64,000 bases of DNA, taken from the NCBI GenBank assembly GCA_035524795.1, contig DATKOF010000011.1, positions 52,768 to 116,767 on the forward strand, given 5' to 3'. Positions 51,730-60,432 of this stretch are shown one piece after another. The notes beneath the pieces are model-generated. The model was given only the letters and a program-made list of their open reading frames with translations. It was not told the origin of the DNA and ran no database searches. Both the position numbers and the translations under genes were made by a program. How positions within the stretch are numbered: position 1 is the first letter of the stretch; each line of letters begins with the position of its first letter. This DNA comes from Burkholderiales bacterium. Its GTDB lineage: Bacteria; Pseudomonadota; Gammaproteobacteria; Burkholderiales; SG8-41.

Positions 51730-52000
51730 AACCTATCTCAGAATCCCCCATGAGCCGCGTTTACACGAAAAATGCTCAGCTGCCAGGCGCGCGACGAAGG
51801 TCGTATTCGAGATACGATGCCGAGGAGCGCAACGTCGCAGACGGGCATTTTTCGTGCAAACCCTTCGGGGCGGGGCGTTGCGGGCGGTCTGCGGTGTCGC
51901 GCCGCTTGCGAAGGGGGATGGCCATTCGCTGCGCGGCGCTTCGTGCATCCCATCCCGCAACGCTGACGCCGCGGCCACGCGGGATTTTGAGATAGGTTCT
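51728..52000. mobile_element. MITE-like non-autonomous element, 273 bp
   Basis: terminal inverted repeats AGAACCTATCTCAGAATCCC and GGGATTTTGAGATAGGTTCT (19/20 match), no transposase. Confidence 0.75.
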
Positions 52001-52003
52001 TAG

Positions 52004-52768
52004 ATGAAACTCAGAATTCTCGGTTGCAGCGGCGGCATCAGCCGCGACCTGCGCACCACCTCGATGTTGATCGACGACGATGTGCTGATCGACGCCGGCA
52101 CCGGAGTCGGCGACCTGAGCATCGAGCAGCTCAAGCGCATCGACCATGTGTTCCTGACGCACTCCCATCTCGACCACGTGGCTTCGGTACCGTTCATGGT
52201 CGACACCGTCGGCTGGCTGCGCGACAAACCGATCACCGTGCACGCGATCGAGCCGACGATCAAGGTGCTGCGCGATCATCTGTTCAACTGGAAACTGTGG
52301 CCGGATTTCGCCGAGATCCCCGATGCCCATCAGCCGTTTTTGCGCTACGAGACCATCACGCTCGGCAAGACGATCGATCTGAACGGCCGCAAACTGACGC
52401 CGCTGCCGGCCAATCACGTGGTGCCGGCGATCGGCTACCAGATCGACGGCGGCCGTGCGAGCCTGGTGTTCACCGGCGACACCACGACCCACGATCCGCT
52501 GTGGCGCGAAGTCAACAAGATCGAGAATCTGCGCTATCTGATCATCGAGACCTCGTTCTGCAACCGCGAGAAGGCACTCGCGATCGAATCCAAGCACCTG
52601 TGCCCGAGCATGCTGTGCGAAGAACTTGCCAAGCTGAAGCGGCCGGCCGAAATCTACATCACGCACCTGAAACCGGGCGAGGTCGAGGTCACGATGCGTG
52701 AAATCATGGAATGCGGCGGGGCGTGGAAACCGCGCATGCTCGAGAACGATCAGGTGTTCGAACTGTGA
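52004..52768 (+). CDS. class II (metallo-beta-lactamase fold) 3',5'-cyclic nucleotide phosphodiesterase
   Basis: LGCSGG, IDAGTG, THSHLDH, FNWKLWPDF, FTGDT, SKHL.P, ITHLKP. Confidence 0.85.
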   Translation: MKLRILGCSGGISRDLRTTSMLIDDDVLIDAGTGVGDLSIEQLKRIDHVFLTHSHLDHVASVPFMVDTVGWLRDKPITVHAIEPTIKVLRDHLFNWKLWPDFAEIPDAHQPFLRYETITLGKTIDLNGRKLTPLPANHVVPAIGYQIDGGRASLVFTGDTTTHDPLWREVNKIENLRYLIIETSFCNREKALAIESKHLCPSMLCEELAKLKRPAEIYITHLKPGEVEVTMREIMECGGAWKPRMLENDQVFEL

Positions 52769-52796
52769 TCACATCATTGCAAGGAGCGGGCATATC

Positions 52797-55187
52797 ATGA
52801 GTGCAGTGCTCGAAAGCAAGGCGACGGCCCAGGACAGCCTGCTCGCCGAGAAGCTGAATTTCTCGAAGCGGCTGCAGGCCGTCACCAACAAGATCCACGC
52901 GACCAACAACATCGACGAGATCATGCTCGAACTGAGCCAGGATATCTGCGGCCTGTTCAACGCGGACCGGCTCACGCTCTATCTGATCAGCGAGGACAAG
53001 ACCTCGATCGTGTCGAAGGTCAAGACCGGCCTCCATTCGTTCAAGGATCTCAAGTTGCCGATCGCCGAACAGAGCGTCGCCGGCTTCGTCGCCGTCCACA
53101 AGAAGGCGATCAACATCAAGGATGTCTACGACGACAACGAACTCAAATCGTACAGCCCGCAGCTCAATTTCCTGAAGCAGGTCGACAGCAAGACCGGCTA
53201 CCGCACCAAACAGATGCTGGTGGCGCCGGTGGTCGACGCGCAGAACAAGGAACTGATCGGGGTGGTGCAGATCATCAATTCCAAGACCGGCCAGCCGTTC
53301 CCGCCGGTGATGGAGGAAGGCGTCGCGCATCTCTGCGAAACCCTCGCCATCGCGTTCCGGCAACGCCAGAAACCGGCGATGCAGGTGCGCGGCAAATACG
53401 ACCATCTGGTGACCAACGCCGTGCTGTCCGCCGAAGAGCTTGAACTGGCGACGCGCTCGGCGCGGCGCAAAAACCTCGATATCGAAACCGTGCTGTCCGA
53501 CGAATTCCAGGTCAAGGCGGGCGCGATCGGCGAGGCGCTCGCCGCCTATTTTCAGGTCCCGTACGAGCCGTTCAAGGCGGACCGCGTCAAACCGCTCGAC
53601 CTGCTGAAAAACATCAGCCGCGAGTTCGCCGAGAGCAACGGCTGGGTGCCGATCGACGATACCAAGGACGGCATCCTCGTGCTGACCACCGATCCGGAAA
53701 AGATCAAAGGCTCGCGCGTCGTCAACAACGTCTTCCCGAAGAGCAAGGTCGTCTACAAGGTCTGCGGCAACCGCGAGTTCGTGATGACGCTCGATCAGAC
53801 TTTCGGCGGCGGCGGCGCCGCATCCGGCATGGTCGACGACACCACCGACATCGGCGACCTGCTGTCGGGCATGGAGGGCGAAGAGGCGGGTGAAGACAAC
53901 AACGAAGATGTGGCGTCCGCCGCCGCCGACAACGAAGTGGTCAAGCTGGTGAACAAAGTCATCGTTGACGCCTACAAGCAGGGCGCCTCCGACATTCACG
54001 TCGAGCCTTATCCCGGCAAGGCCAAGACCGAAATCCGCTTCCGCAAGGACGGTTCGCTGGCGCCGTACATTTCGGTGCCGGCCGCCTACCGCAGCGCGAT
54101 CGCGGCGCGTCTGAAGATCATGTGCGACCTCGATATCTCCGAACGCCGCAAGCCGCAGGACGGCAAGATCAAGTTCAAGCGCTTCGGGCCGCTCGACATC
54201 GAGCTGCGGGTCGCGACGATACCGTCGCAGGGCGGCGTCGAGGACATCGTGATGCGGATACTCGCCGCCGGCGAGCCGATTCCGCTCGACAAACTCGGCC
54301 TTTCCAAGCGCAATCTCGAACAGTGCAAGGAGGCGATTTCCAAGCCGTACGGACTGTTCTTCGTGTGCGGGCCGACCGGTTCCGGCAAAACGACGACGCT
54401 GCATTCGGTGCTCGGCTATCTGAATACGCCGGACACCAAAATCTGGACTGCTGAAGACCCGGTCGAAATCACCCAGCGCGGCCTGCGCCAGGTGCAGATG
54501 AACCCGAAGGCCGGACTCACTTTCGCAGTCGCGATGAAAGCGTTCCTGCGCGCCGATCCCGACATCATCATGGTCGGCGAAATGCGCGACAAGGAAACGG
54601 TCGGCACCGGCATCGAAGCGTCGCTGACCGGCCACCTGGTGTTCGCGACGCTGCACACCAATTCCGCGCCGGAATCGATCATCCGGCTGCTCGACATGGG
54701 GATGGACCCGTTCAACTTCGCCGACGCGCTGCTCGGCATCCTCGCGCAACGTCTGGCCAAGCGGTTGTGCGGTAAATGCAAGAAACCCCATGTCGCGACC
54801 GAGGAGGAGCTCGACAAGCTGATGGAAGAGTATGTGACCGAGCTGCTGAACACCGAGAGCTGGAAAAAGGATCTGAAAAAAGCGCGCGCCGAACTGAAGG
54901 AAGAATGGCACCGGGAATTCGGCAACGAAAAGGGCGAGATCACGATTTACGAGCCGGTCGGCTGTGAGGTCTGCGGCGGTGGCGGCTACAAGGGTCGCGT
55001 CGGCCTGCACGAACTGCTGATCGGCACCGACGCGATCAAGAAGAACATCCAGGAACATGCGCGGGTCGCTGAAATGTTCGCGACCGCGCTCGAAACCGGC
55101 ATGCGCACGCTGAAGCAGGACGGCATCGAAAAGGTGTTGATGGGCATCACCGACATCCATCAGGTGCGCGCGGTCTGTATCAAATAG
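52797..55187 (+). CDS. GAF-domain PilB/GspE-family secretion/pilus assembly ATPase
   Basis: N-terminal GAF (DSKTGYRTKQML...GVVQIINSK), ASDIHVEP, DISERRKPQDG, Walker A GPTGSGKT, AEDPVE, Walker B VGEMRD, TGHLV..TLHTN, CGKC/CEVC Zn site. Confidence 0.92.
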   Translation: MSAVLESKATAQDSLLAEKLNFSKRLQAVTNKIHATNNIDEIMLELSQDICGLFNADRLTLYLISEDKTSIVSKVKTGLHSFKDLKLPIAEQSVAGFVAVHKKAINIKDVYDDNELKSYSPQLNFLKQVDSKTGYRTKQMLVAPVVDAQNKELIGVVQIINSKTGQPFPPVMEEGVAHLCETLAIAFRQRQKPAMQVRGKYDHLVTNAVLSAEELELATRSARRKNLDIETVLSDEFQVKAGAIGEALAAYFQVPYEPFKADRVKPLDLLKNISREFAESNGWVPIDDTKDGILVLTTDPEKIKGSRVVNNVFPKSKVVYKVCGNREFVMTLDQTFGGGGAASGMVDDTTDIGDLLSGMEGEEAGEDNNEDVASAAADNEVVKLVNKVIVDAYKQGASDIHVEPYPGKAKTEIRFRKDGSLAPYISVPAAYRSAIAARLKIMCDLDISERRKPQDGKIKFKRFGPLDIELRVATIPSQGGVEDIVMRILAAGEPIPLDKLGLSKRNLEQCKEAISKPYGLFFVCGPTGSGKTTTLHSVLGYLNTPDTKIWTAEDPVEITQRGLRQVQMNPKAGLTFAVAMKAFLRADPDIIMVGEMRDKETVGTGIEASLTGHLVFATLHTNSAPESIIRLLDMGMDPFNFADALLGILAQRLAKRLCGKCKKPHVATEEELDKLMEEYVTELLNTESWKKDLKKARAELKEEWHREFGNEKGEITIYEPVGCEVCGGGGYKGRVGLHELLIGTDAIKKNIQEHARVAEMFATALETGMRTLKQDGIEKVLMGITDIHQVRAVCIK

Positions 55188-55198
55188 GAATTCCCGCC

Positions 55199-56857
55199 GT
55201 GAACCAGATGCAGCGCCCGCCCGATCCTTCGAACCTGTTCGAGCGGCTCGAACAGCTCAACCAGATCGGCGTCGCGCTGTCGAAGGAAACCGACATCAAC
55301 CGGCTGCTCGAGGCGATCCTGCTGGCGGCCAAGAACATCACCAACGCCGACGGCGGCACGCTCTATCGCGTAACCGAAGAGCGCACGCTCAAGTTCGAAA
55401 TCATGCGCAACGACACGCTGGGCGTCGCGATGGGCGGCACCACCGGCGTCGAGATACCGTTCTACCCGATCTATCTCTACGACAAGGACGACAATCCGAT
55501 CAACTCGATGGTCGTCGCCTACGCCTATCACCATGACCGCTCGGTCAATATCGCCGACGCCTATATCGAGGAAGGCTTCGATTTTTCCGGCACCAAGAAT
55601 TTCGACAAGAAGACCGGCTACCGCTCGCAGTCGTTTCTGACGGTGCCGATGAAGAACCACGAAAACGAGATCATCGGCGTGCTGCAGCTGCTCAACGCCA
55701 AGGAGCGCGCAACCGGCCGGGTGGTGCCGTTTTCGACGGAAGACCAGCAGCTCGCTGAATCGCTGGCGTCGCAGGCCGCGATCGCGCTGACCAACCGGCT
55801 GCTGATCAACCATCTCGAAAACCTGTTCGAATCGTTCATCAATCTGATCAACGCCGCGATCGACGACAAATCGCCGTACACCGGCGGCCACTGCGAACGC
55901 GTGCCGATGCTGACGATGATGCTGGCGGAGGCGGTCAACAACGTGAAGGTCGGACCGCTCCGCGATTTCCACATGACCGACAAGGACCGCTACGAACTCA
56001 AGATCGCGGGACTGCTGCACGATTGCGGCAAGGTGACGACGCCGGTGCACGTCGTCGACAAGGCGACCAAGCTGCAGACGATCTTCGACCGCATCCATCT
56101 GCTCGACACCCGCTTCGAGGTCGTCAAGCGCGACGCCGAGGTCGCGATGCTGAAGGCGAAAGCGGCGGCGCTGGAAAAAGGCGACGCGGCGGCGGCGAAA
56201 AAAGCCGAGCGCGACTTCGAAATCCGGCTGCGCGAAATCAACGAGGACCGCGAATTCCTGCGCTTCACCAATGTCGGCGGAGAAGCGATGAAGGAGGACG
56301 AACAGCAAAGGGTGCGCGCGATCGCGTCGAAGTACCGCTGGCGCGACGTGCAGGGCAATCTGACCGATTTCCTGACCGCCGAAGAGGTCGAGAACCTGAC
56401 CATCAAAGCCGGCACGCTGACTGCCGCCGAACGGCAGATCATCAACCACCACATCGACGTGACGATCCAGATGCTGGAGGCGCTGCCGTGGCCGCGCCAC
56501 CTGAAGCACGTTCCCGAATATGCGGGCGGCCACCACGAACGGATGGACGGCAAGGGTTATCCGCGCGGGCTGACGCGCGACCAGATGTCGGTGCAGGCGC
56601 GCTGCATGGGCATCGCCGACATCTTCGAGGCGCTGACCGCGAAGGACCGCCCCTACAAGAAGGGCAAGACACTGTCGGAATCGCTGGCGATCCTCGGCAA
56701 ATTCAAGCTCGGCGGCCACATCGATCCCGACCTGTTCGACGTGTTCGTGTGGGAAAAGGTCTATCTCAAGTACGCGGAACAGTGCCTCGACCCGCAGCAG
56801 ATCGACGAGGTCGATGTGTCGAAGCTCCCCGGCTATGCGCCGCCGCCGCTGCATTGA
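55199..56857 (+). CDS. GAF + HD-GYP phosphohydrolase
   Basis: GAF (FDKKTGYRSQSFLTVPM...IGVLQLLNAK), TGGHCERV, LLHDCGK, HHERMDGKGYPRGL, IADIFEAL. Confidence 0.92.
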   Translation: MNQMQRPPDPSNLFERLEQLNQIGVALSKETDINRLLEAILLAAKNITNADGGTLYRVTEERTLKFEIMRNDTLGVAMGGTTGVEIPFYPIYLYDKDDNPINSMVVAYAYHHDRSVNIADAYIEEGFDFSGTKNFDKKTGYRSQSFLTVPMKNHENEIIGVLQLLNAKERATGRVVPFSTEDQQLAESLASQAAIALTNRLLINHLENLFESFINLINAAIDDKSPYTGGHCERVPMLTMMLAEAVNNVKVGPLRDFHMTDKDRYELKIAGLLHDCGKVTTPVHVVDKATKLQTIFDRIHLLDTRFEVVKRDAEVAMLKAKAAALEKGDAAAAKKAERDFEIRLREINEDREFLRFTNVGGEAMKEDEQQRVRAIASKYRWRDVQGNLTDFLTAEEVENLTIKAGTLTAAERQIINHHIDVTIQMLEALPWPRHLKHVPEYAGGHHERMDGKGYPRGLTRDQMSVQARCMGIADIFEALTAKDRPYKKGKTLSESLAILGKFKLGGHIDPDLFDVFVWEKVYLKYAEQCLDPQQIDEVDVSKLPGYAPPPLH

Positions 56858-56999
56858 TGTCTTTCGCCGCTGACGCTGTGCGGCACATTCTGCCGATTCA
56901 TGTGCCATCACCCGGGGCAGCCGTTGCAAAGCAGGTTGTTGGATGCTGCGGAAGGGCGGTCTGGCGTTAAAATATCACGCTGTCAGCGGATTTTGTCGT

Positions 57000-57014
57000 T
57001 GGCATGGAGTTTGC
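57000..57014 (+). promoter_or_regulatory. sigma54 (-24/-12) promoter of the pilin gene
   Basis: TGGCATGGAGTTTGC with GG-N10-GC spacing, 65 nt upstream of the pilin start. Confidence 0.8.
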
Positions 57015-57078
57015 GGTGAATACGTCCGGACGGGCATAATTTCCCGGCTCATTAACAACCTACAGGAAGGAGCTTCAC

Positions 57079-57639
57079 ATGGTTCGCCAAATGCAGAAAG
57101 GCTTTACCCTGATCGAACTGATGATCGTGGTCGCGATCATCGGCATTCTGGCCGCGGTCGCGCTGCCGGCGTATCAGGACTATACGATTCGCGCCAAGGT
57201 GTCCGAAGGCCCGACGCTGGCTGACGGCATCAAGCTTGCTGAAACCGAAACCTTCCAATCGAAGGGGCCGGGAGATATGACCTGTTCCGATGCAACGACT
57301 TGCGGCAACATCGGCGCCTCCCTCCCGTCTGGCACGAACAACATTACGTCTATTGTGAGCGGCGCTGATGGCACGATCACCATTAGCTACACTGCTGCAG
57401 TGGTGCCGAGCGGTGCGAATGTGCTGACCATTGTGCCGAGCGTGGCGCTGAACGATATCAACTCCGCGGGCAGCCAGGTCAACTGGTCGTGCGGCGGCGC
57501 CGCCACCACGGTTGATCAGAAATATCTGCCTTCGACCTGTCGCGGCAACACCGGCAACGCTGCCGGCTATGGCTCGACCAGCACCAGCAGCTCTTCGAGC
57601 AGCAGCTCCAGCTCTTCTTCGAGCAGCTCGGGCAGCTGA
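57079..57639 (+). CDS. pilA: type IVa major pilin with poly-Ser C-terminal tail
   Basis: class III signal [31 protein letters not shown]-terminal WSC...TC disulfide loop, AAGGAG RBS. Confidence 0.95.
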   Translation: MVRQMQKGFTLIELMIVVAIIGILAAVALPAYQDYTIRAKVSEGPTLADGIKLAETETFQSKGPGDMTCSDATTCGNIGASLPSGTNNITSIVSGADGTITISYTAAVVPSGANVLTIVPSVALNDINSAGSQVNWSCGGAATTVDQKYLPSTCRGNTGNAAGYGSTSTSSSSSSSSSSSSSSSGS

Positions 57640-57661
57640 TCGTTCCTTCCCGGCCGTGCAG

Positions 57662-57691
57662 AAAGCCCCTCGCAAGAGGGGCTTTTTGTTT
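57662..57691 (+). terminator. intrinsic terminator after pilA, probably bidirectional
   Basis: AAAGCCCCTC-GCAA-GAGGGGCTTT-TTGTTT between convergent genes. Confidence 0.85.
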
Positions 57692-58746
57692 CAGCAGACG
57701 CCGGGGATGAAGCGGTAATGGATCTGCTGCTTGTAGCGGTCGTAGCCGTCGCCGAGCAGCGACAGATGCCGTTCTTCGGTCCAGGCGCGGGCGGCATAGA
57801 TCACCGTGAACAGCGCCATGCAGCCGACGGACCACAGGCCTTTTTCGAGCGAGCCCGAAAACGCCGCCGCGAACGTCGGAAGGGCGCCGATCCACCACGC
57901 GAGATTTTTGGCGGCATAAGCGGGGTGGCGCACCCAGCGGTACGGTCCGCTGGCGATGACGCCGCGGTTGGTCAGGTTGCTGGCCTTCCAGCCGAGCGCG
58001 ACCGAGGCCCAGGCATAGATCGCCATCAGACCAAGGATCAGGCAGTCGGCGCCGATTTCCAGAGCGGAATCCGTGAAGCGCGGCGCGTCGGACGACTGCC
58101 AGGGGAAGACGTAGGTCGCCATGCCGTTGAAGGGCGGATAGCAGGCGATGCAGACCGCCCATCCCAGAAACGTCGGCTCCACGCTGCGAATGACGTTATC
58201 GAGCCGCGGAATTTCGACCATGTAGCCGAACGTGAAAATGATGACGTCGACGAAAAACAGCAGATTCAGCAGCAGCAGATACAGATGCAGGTGAAAGCCG
58301 GCCGCCACGGTGGTCAGCGCGTGGTATTCCCGCGCCACGATCGCGAGGTTGTTGACCACGAAATTGATCATCAGCGGCAGGAAAAAGAATTTGAGCGCGA
58401 TGGCGAGCCACGCCTGCTTTTCCGCGAAGCCGAAGCGCGGCTGTTGCCGGCGCGCCCATCGCATCAGCCACGATAGCGCGATGCGCGCCTTGCTGACGGT
58501 GGCCGGGAACAGGCGGTAGTAGGCGATCAGCGCGACGGTGTAGACGATTCCCGCCGCGGTCAGCAATCTGTCGGCGGTCAGCGGAAACCAGATCGTGCCG
58601 CTGTCGTTGTGGATCAGAAAATAGCCGTTGAAAGTCCGGACCCGGAAATCGCCCGCGGACAGCGCGATTCCCGCCCACATCACGATCAACGTCGGCAGAT
58701 AATTGGCAAAGAAATTTTTCCAGTCACGGTTTTCCGGCATGGGCAT
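57691..58746 (-). CDS. ICMT/PEMT-family membrane methyltransferase
   Basis: multi-TM; C-terminal GPYRWVRHPAY...RAWTEERHL...Y..Y...YRFIPG. Confidence 0.8.
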   Translation of the reverse strand: MPMPENRDWKNFFANYLPTLIVMWAGIALSAGDFRVRTFNGYFLIHNDSGTIWFPLTADRLLTAAGIVYTVALIAYYRLFPATVSKARIALSWLMRWARRQQPRFGFAEKQAWLAIALKFFFLPLMINFVVNNLAIVAREYHALTTVAAGFHLHLYLLLLNLLFFVDVIIFTFGYMVEIPRLDNVIRSVEPTFLGWAVCIACYPPFNGMATYVFPWQSSDAPRFTDSALEIGADCLILGLMAIYAWASVALGWKASNLTNRGVIASGPYRWVRHPAYAAKNLAWWIGALPTFAAAFSGSLEKGLWSVGCMALFTVIYAARAWTEERHLSLLGDGYDRYKQQIHYRFIPGVC

Positions 58747-58862
58747 CGTCCATGGAAAGAGCGGAGCTTATCAGCTAGCCGCCTGTTCCGGGATACGGCG
58801 CCGCGTGTTGCAGGAAGTAACCGCGTTTGGGAACTTGCGGGCGGCTGGCTTATCATAGGGGC

Positions 58863-60311
58863 GTGAAAATCCGCAATCTGATGCTCGCGCTGGCGCTGCT
58901 CGCCGTTCCCGCCGCCTTTTCCCAGAACCTGCCCGATCTCGGCGATGAATCCCAGAGACTGCTGTCGCCGCTGCAGGAGCTGCAGCTCGGCCGCGAAATC
59001 ATGCGCGAGATACGCGCCGACCCCAGCTATTCCGACGATCCCGAGGTCGTCGACTACCTGAACGCGCTCGGCCGCCGGCTGGCGATGGCGAGTCCCGATC
59101 CCAACCAGCAGTTCGATTTCAACCTGCTGATCGATCCGCAGATCAACGCTTTTTCGCTGCCGGGCGGTTTCGTCTGCGTCAATTCGGGATTGATCATGAC
59201 CGCGCAGAACGAATCCGAGCTGGCCGGCGTGCTGGGCCACGAAATGGGCCACGTCGAGCAGCGTCACTTTGCGCGCCAGATGGCGGAGCAGCAGCGCGGG
59301 CAGATACTGTCGCTGGCGACGATGGCGGCCGCGCTGCTGGCGTCGCGCGCCAATCCCGATCTGGCGCAGGCGGGAATCATGGGATCGCAGGCCGGTTTCG
59401 TGCAGAGCCAGCTCAGCTATTCGCGCGACAAGGAACGCGAAGCCGACCGCGTCGGTTTCCAGACCATGGTCGGTGCCGGTTTCGACCCGCAGGGCATGGC
59501 GTCGTTTTTCCAGCGGCTGCAGCAGGCGACGCGCCTCGAGGATGACGCTCCGGTTTATCTGCGCACCCACCCGCTGACCTACGAGCGGATCGCCGACATG
59601 CAGAACCGCGCACAGAGCGTCCCTTATCGCCAGGTGCCGGACAGCCTGGAATTCCAGCTGGTGCGCGCCAAACTGAAGGCCGAGATCGGCGACGCCAAGG
59701 ACAACGTCGCCTTTTTCGAACAGAGCCTGAGCGAGAAAAGGTATCTGAATGAAGCGGCCAGCCGCTACGGCCTGGCGGCGTCGCTGGTGATCGCCAAGAA
59801 CTACGACCGCGCCAAACAGGAGATACAGACCCTGCGCAAGCTGCTGCCCGGAAATCCGATGGTGGCCGATCTCGCCGCCCAGATTTACGACGAATCCGGA
59901 GACACCAACACCGCGCAGCAGATCTACCACGACACGCTGCAGGCGTATCCCAACTACCGCGCGCTGACTTACGATTATGCCGACGTCCTGCTGAAACACA
60001 ATCAGCCGGCGGCGGCGCTCAAGCTGGTCGAGAAGCGCCTGCAGTTGGCGCCGTCCGACTATCATCTGTACCAGTTGCAGGCGCGCAGTTACGCGGCGCT
60101 CGACAAACACCTGCTCGAGCATCGCGCGCAGGCCGAGGCCGATTTCCGCCTTGGCGACATCAAGGCCTCGATCGAACAGTTGCGGCTCGCGCAGAGAAGC
60201 GGCGACGGCGATTTCTATCAGATGGCCGGGGTGGAGGCGCGGCTCAAGGAGCTGCAGGCGCTGCTGCCGCCGGAAGATGACGATCGCAAGGACCGCCAGG
60301 GCCGTCACTGA
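58863..60311 (+). CDS. bepA: BepA/YfgC-family M48 periplasmic metalloprotease with TPRs
   Basis: LPDLG, INAFSLPGG, LGHEMGH, SRDKEREAD, LRTHP, TPR C-terminus. Confidence 0.9.
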   Translation: MKIRNLMLALALLAVPAAFSQNLPDLGDESQRLLSPLQELQLGREIMREIRADPSYSDDPEVVDYLNALGRRLAMASPDPNQQFDFNLLIDPQINAFSLPGGFVCVNSGLIMTAQNESELAGVLGHEMGHVEQRHFARQMAEQQRGQILSLATMAAALLASRANPDLAQAGIMGSQAGFVQSQLSYSRDKEREADRVGFQTMVGAGFDPQGMASFFQRLQQATRLEDDAPVYLRTHPLTYERIADMQNRAQSVPYRQVPDSLEFQLVRAKLKAEIGDAKDNVAFFEQSLSEKRYLNEAASRYGLAASLVIAKNYDRAKQEIQTLRKLLPGNPMVADLAAQIYDESGDTNTAQQIYHDTLQAYPNYRALTYDYADVLLKHNQPAAALKLVEKRLQLAPSDYHLYQLQARSYAALDKHLLEHRAQAEADFRLGDIKASIEQLRLAQRSGDGDFYQMAGVEARLKELQALLPPEDDDRKDRQGRH

Positions 60312-60432
60312 GTAACGGTTCCCCGCCCGCTCCGTCACAGCGGTTTTTATTTGTCGTGCGGCGTCCGTCACGGAACGGACGCAAGACGATGCTTTATAAT
60401 CCCGGGCTCCCGGCAATCGCAGGACGTGCTGC

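Noticed and set aside
51696..52003. Small ORFs on both strands between cyclase and PDE
   Set aside because: They lie within the MITE and have no protein-like signature
49483..52768. Cyclase plus MBL-fold protein as a Pycsar/CBASS or anti-defence system
   Set aside because: The cyclase is a CHASE2 membrane receptor with ATP-specific residues and no TIR or TM-cNMP effector is adjacent; a defence role is not excluded but is unsupported
52704..56929. 818-aa and 589-aa minus-strand ORFs
   Set aside because: Antisense mirrors of the GAF-PilB and HD-GYP genes
60315..60385. TCCGTCAC repeat and GCGTCCGT/ACGGACGC hairpin after bepA
   Set aside because: Short, no U-tract; cannot be distinguished from chance or a weak terminator
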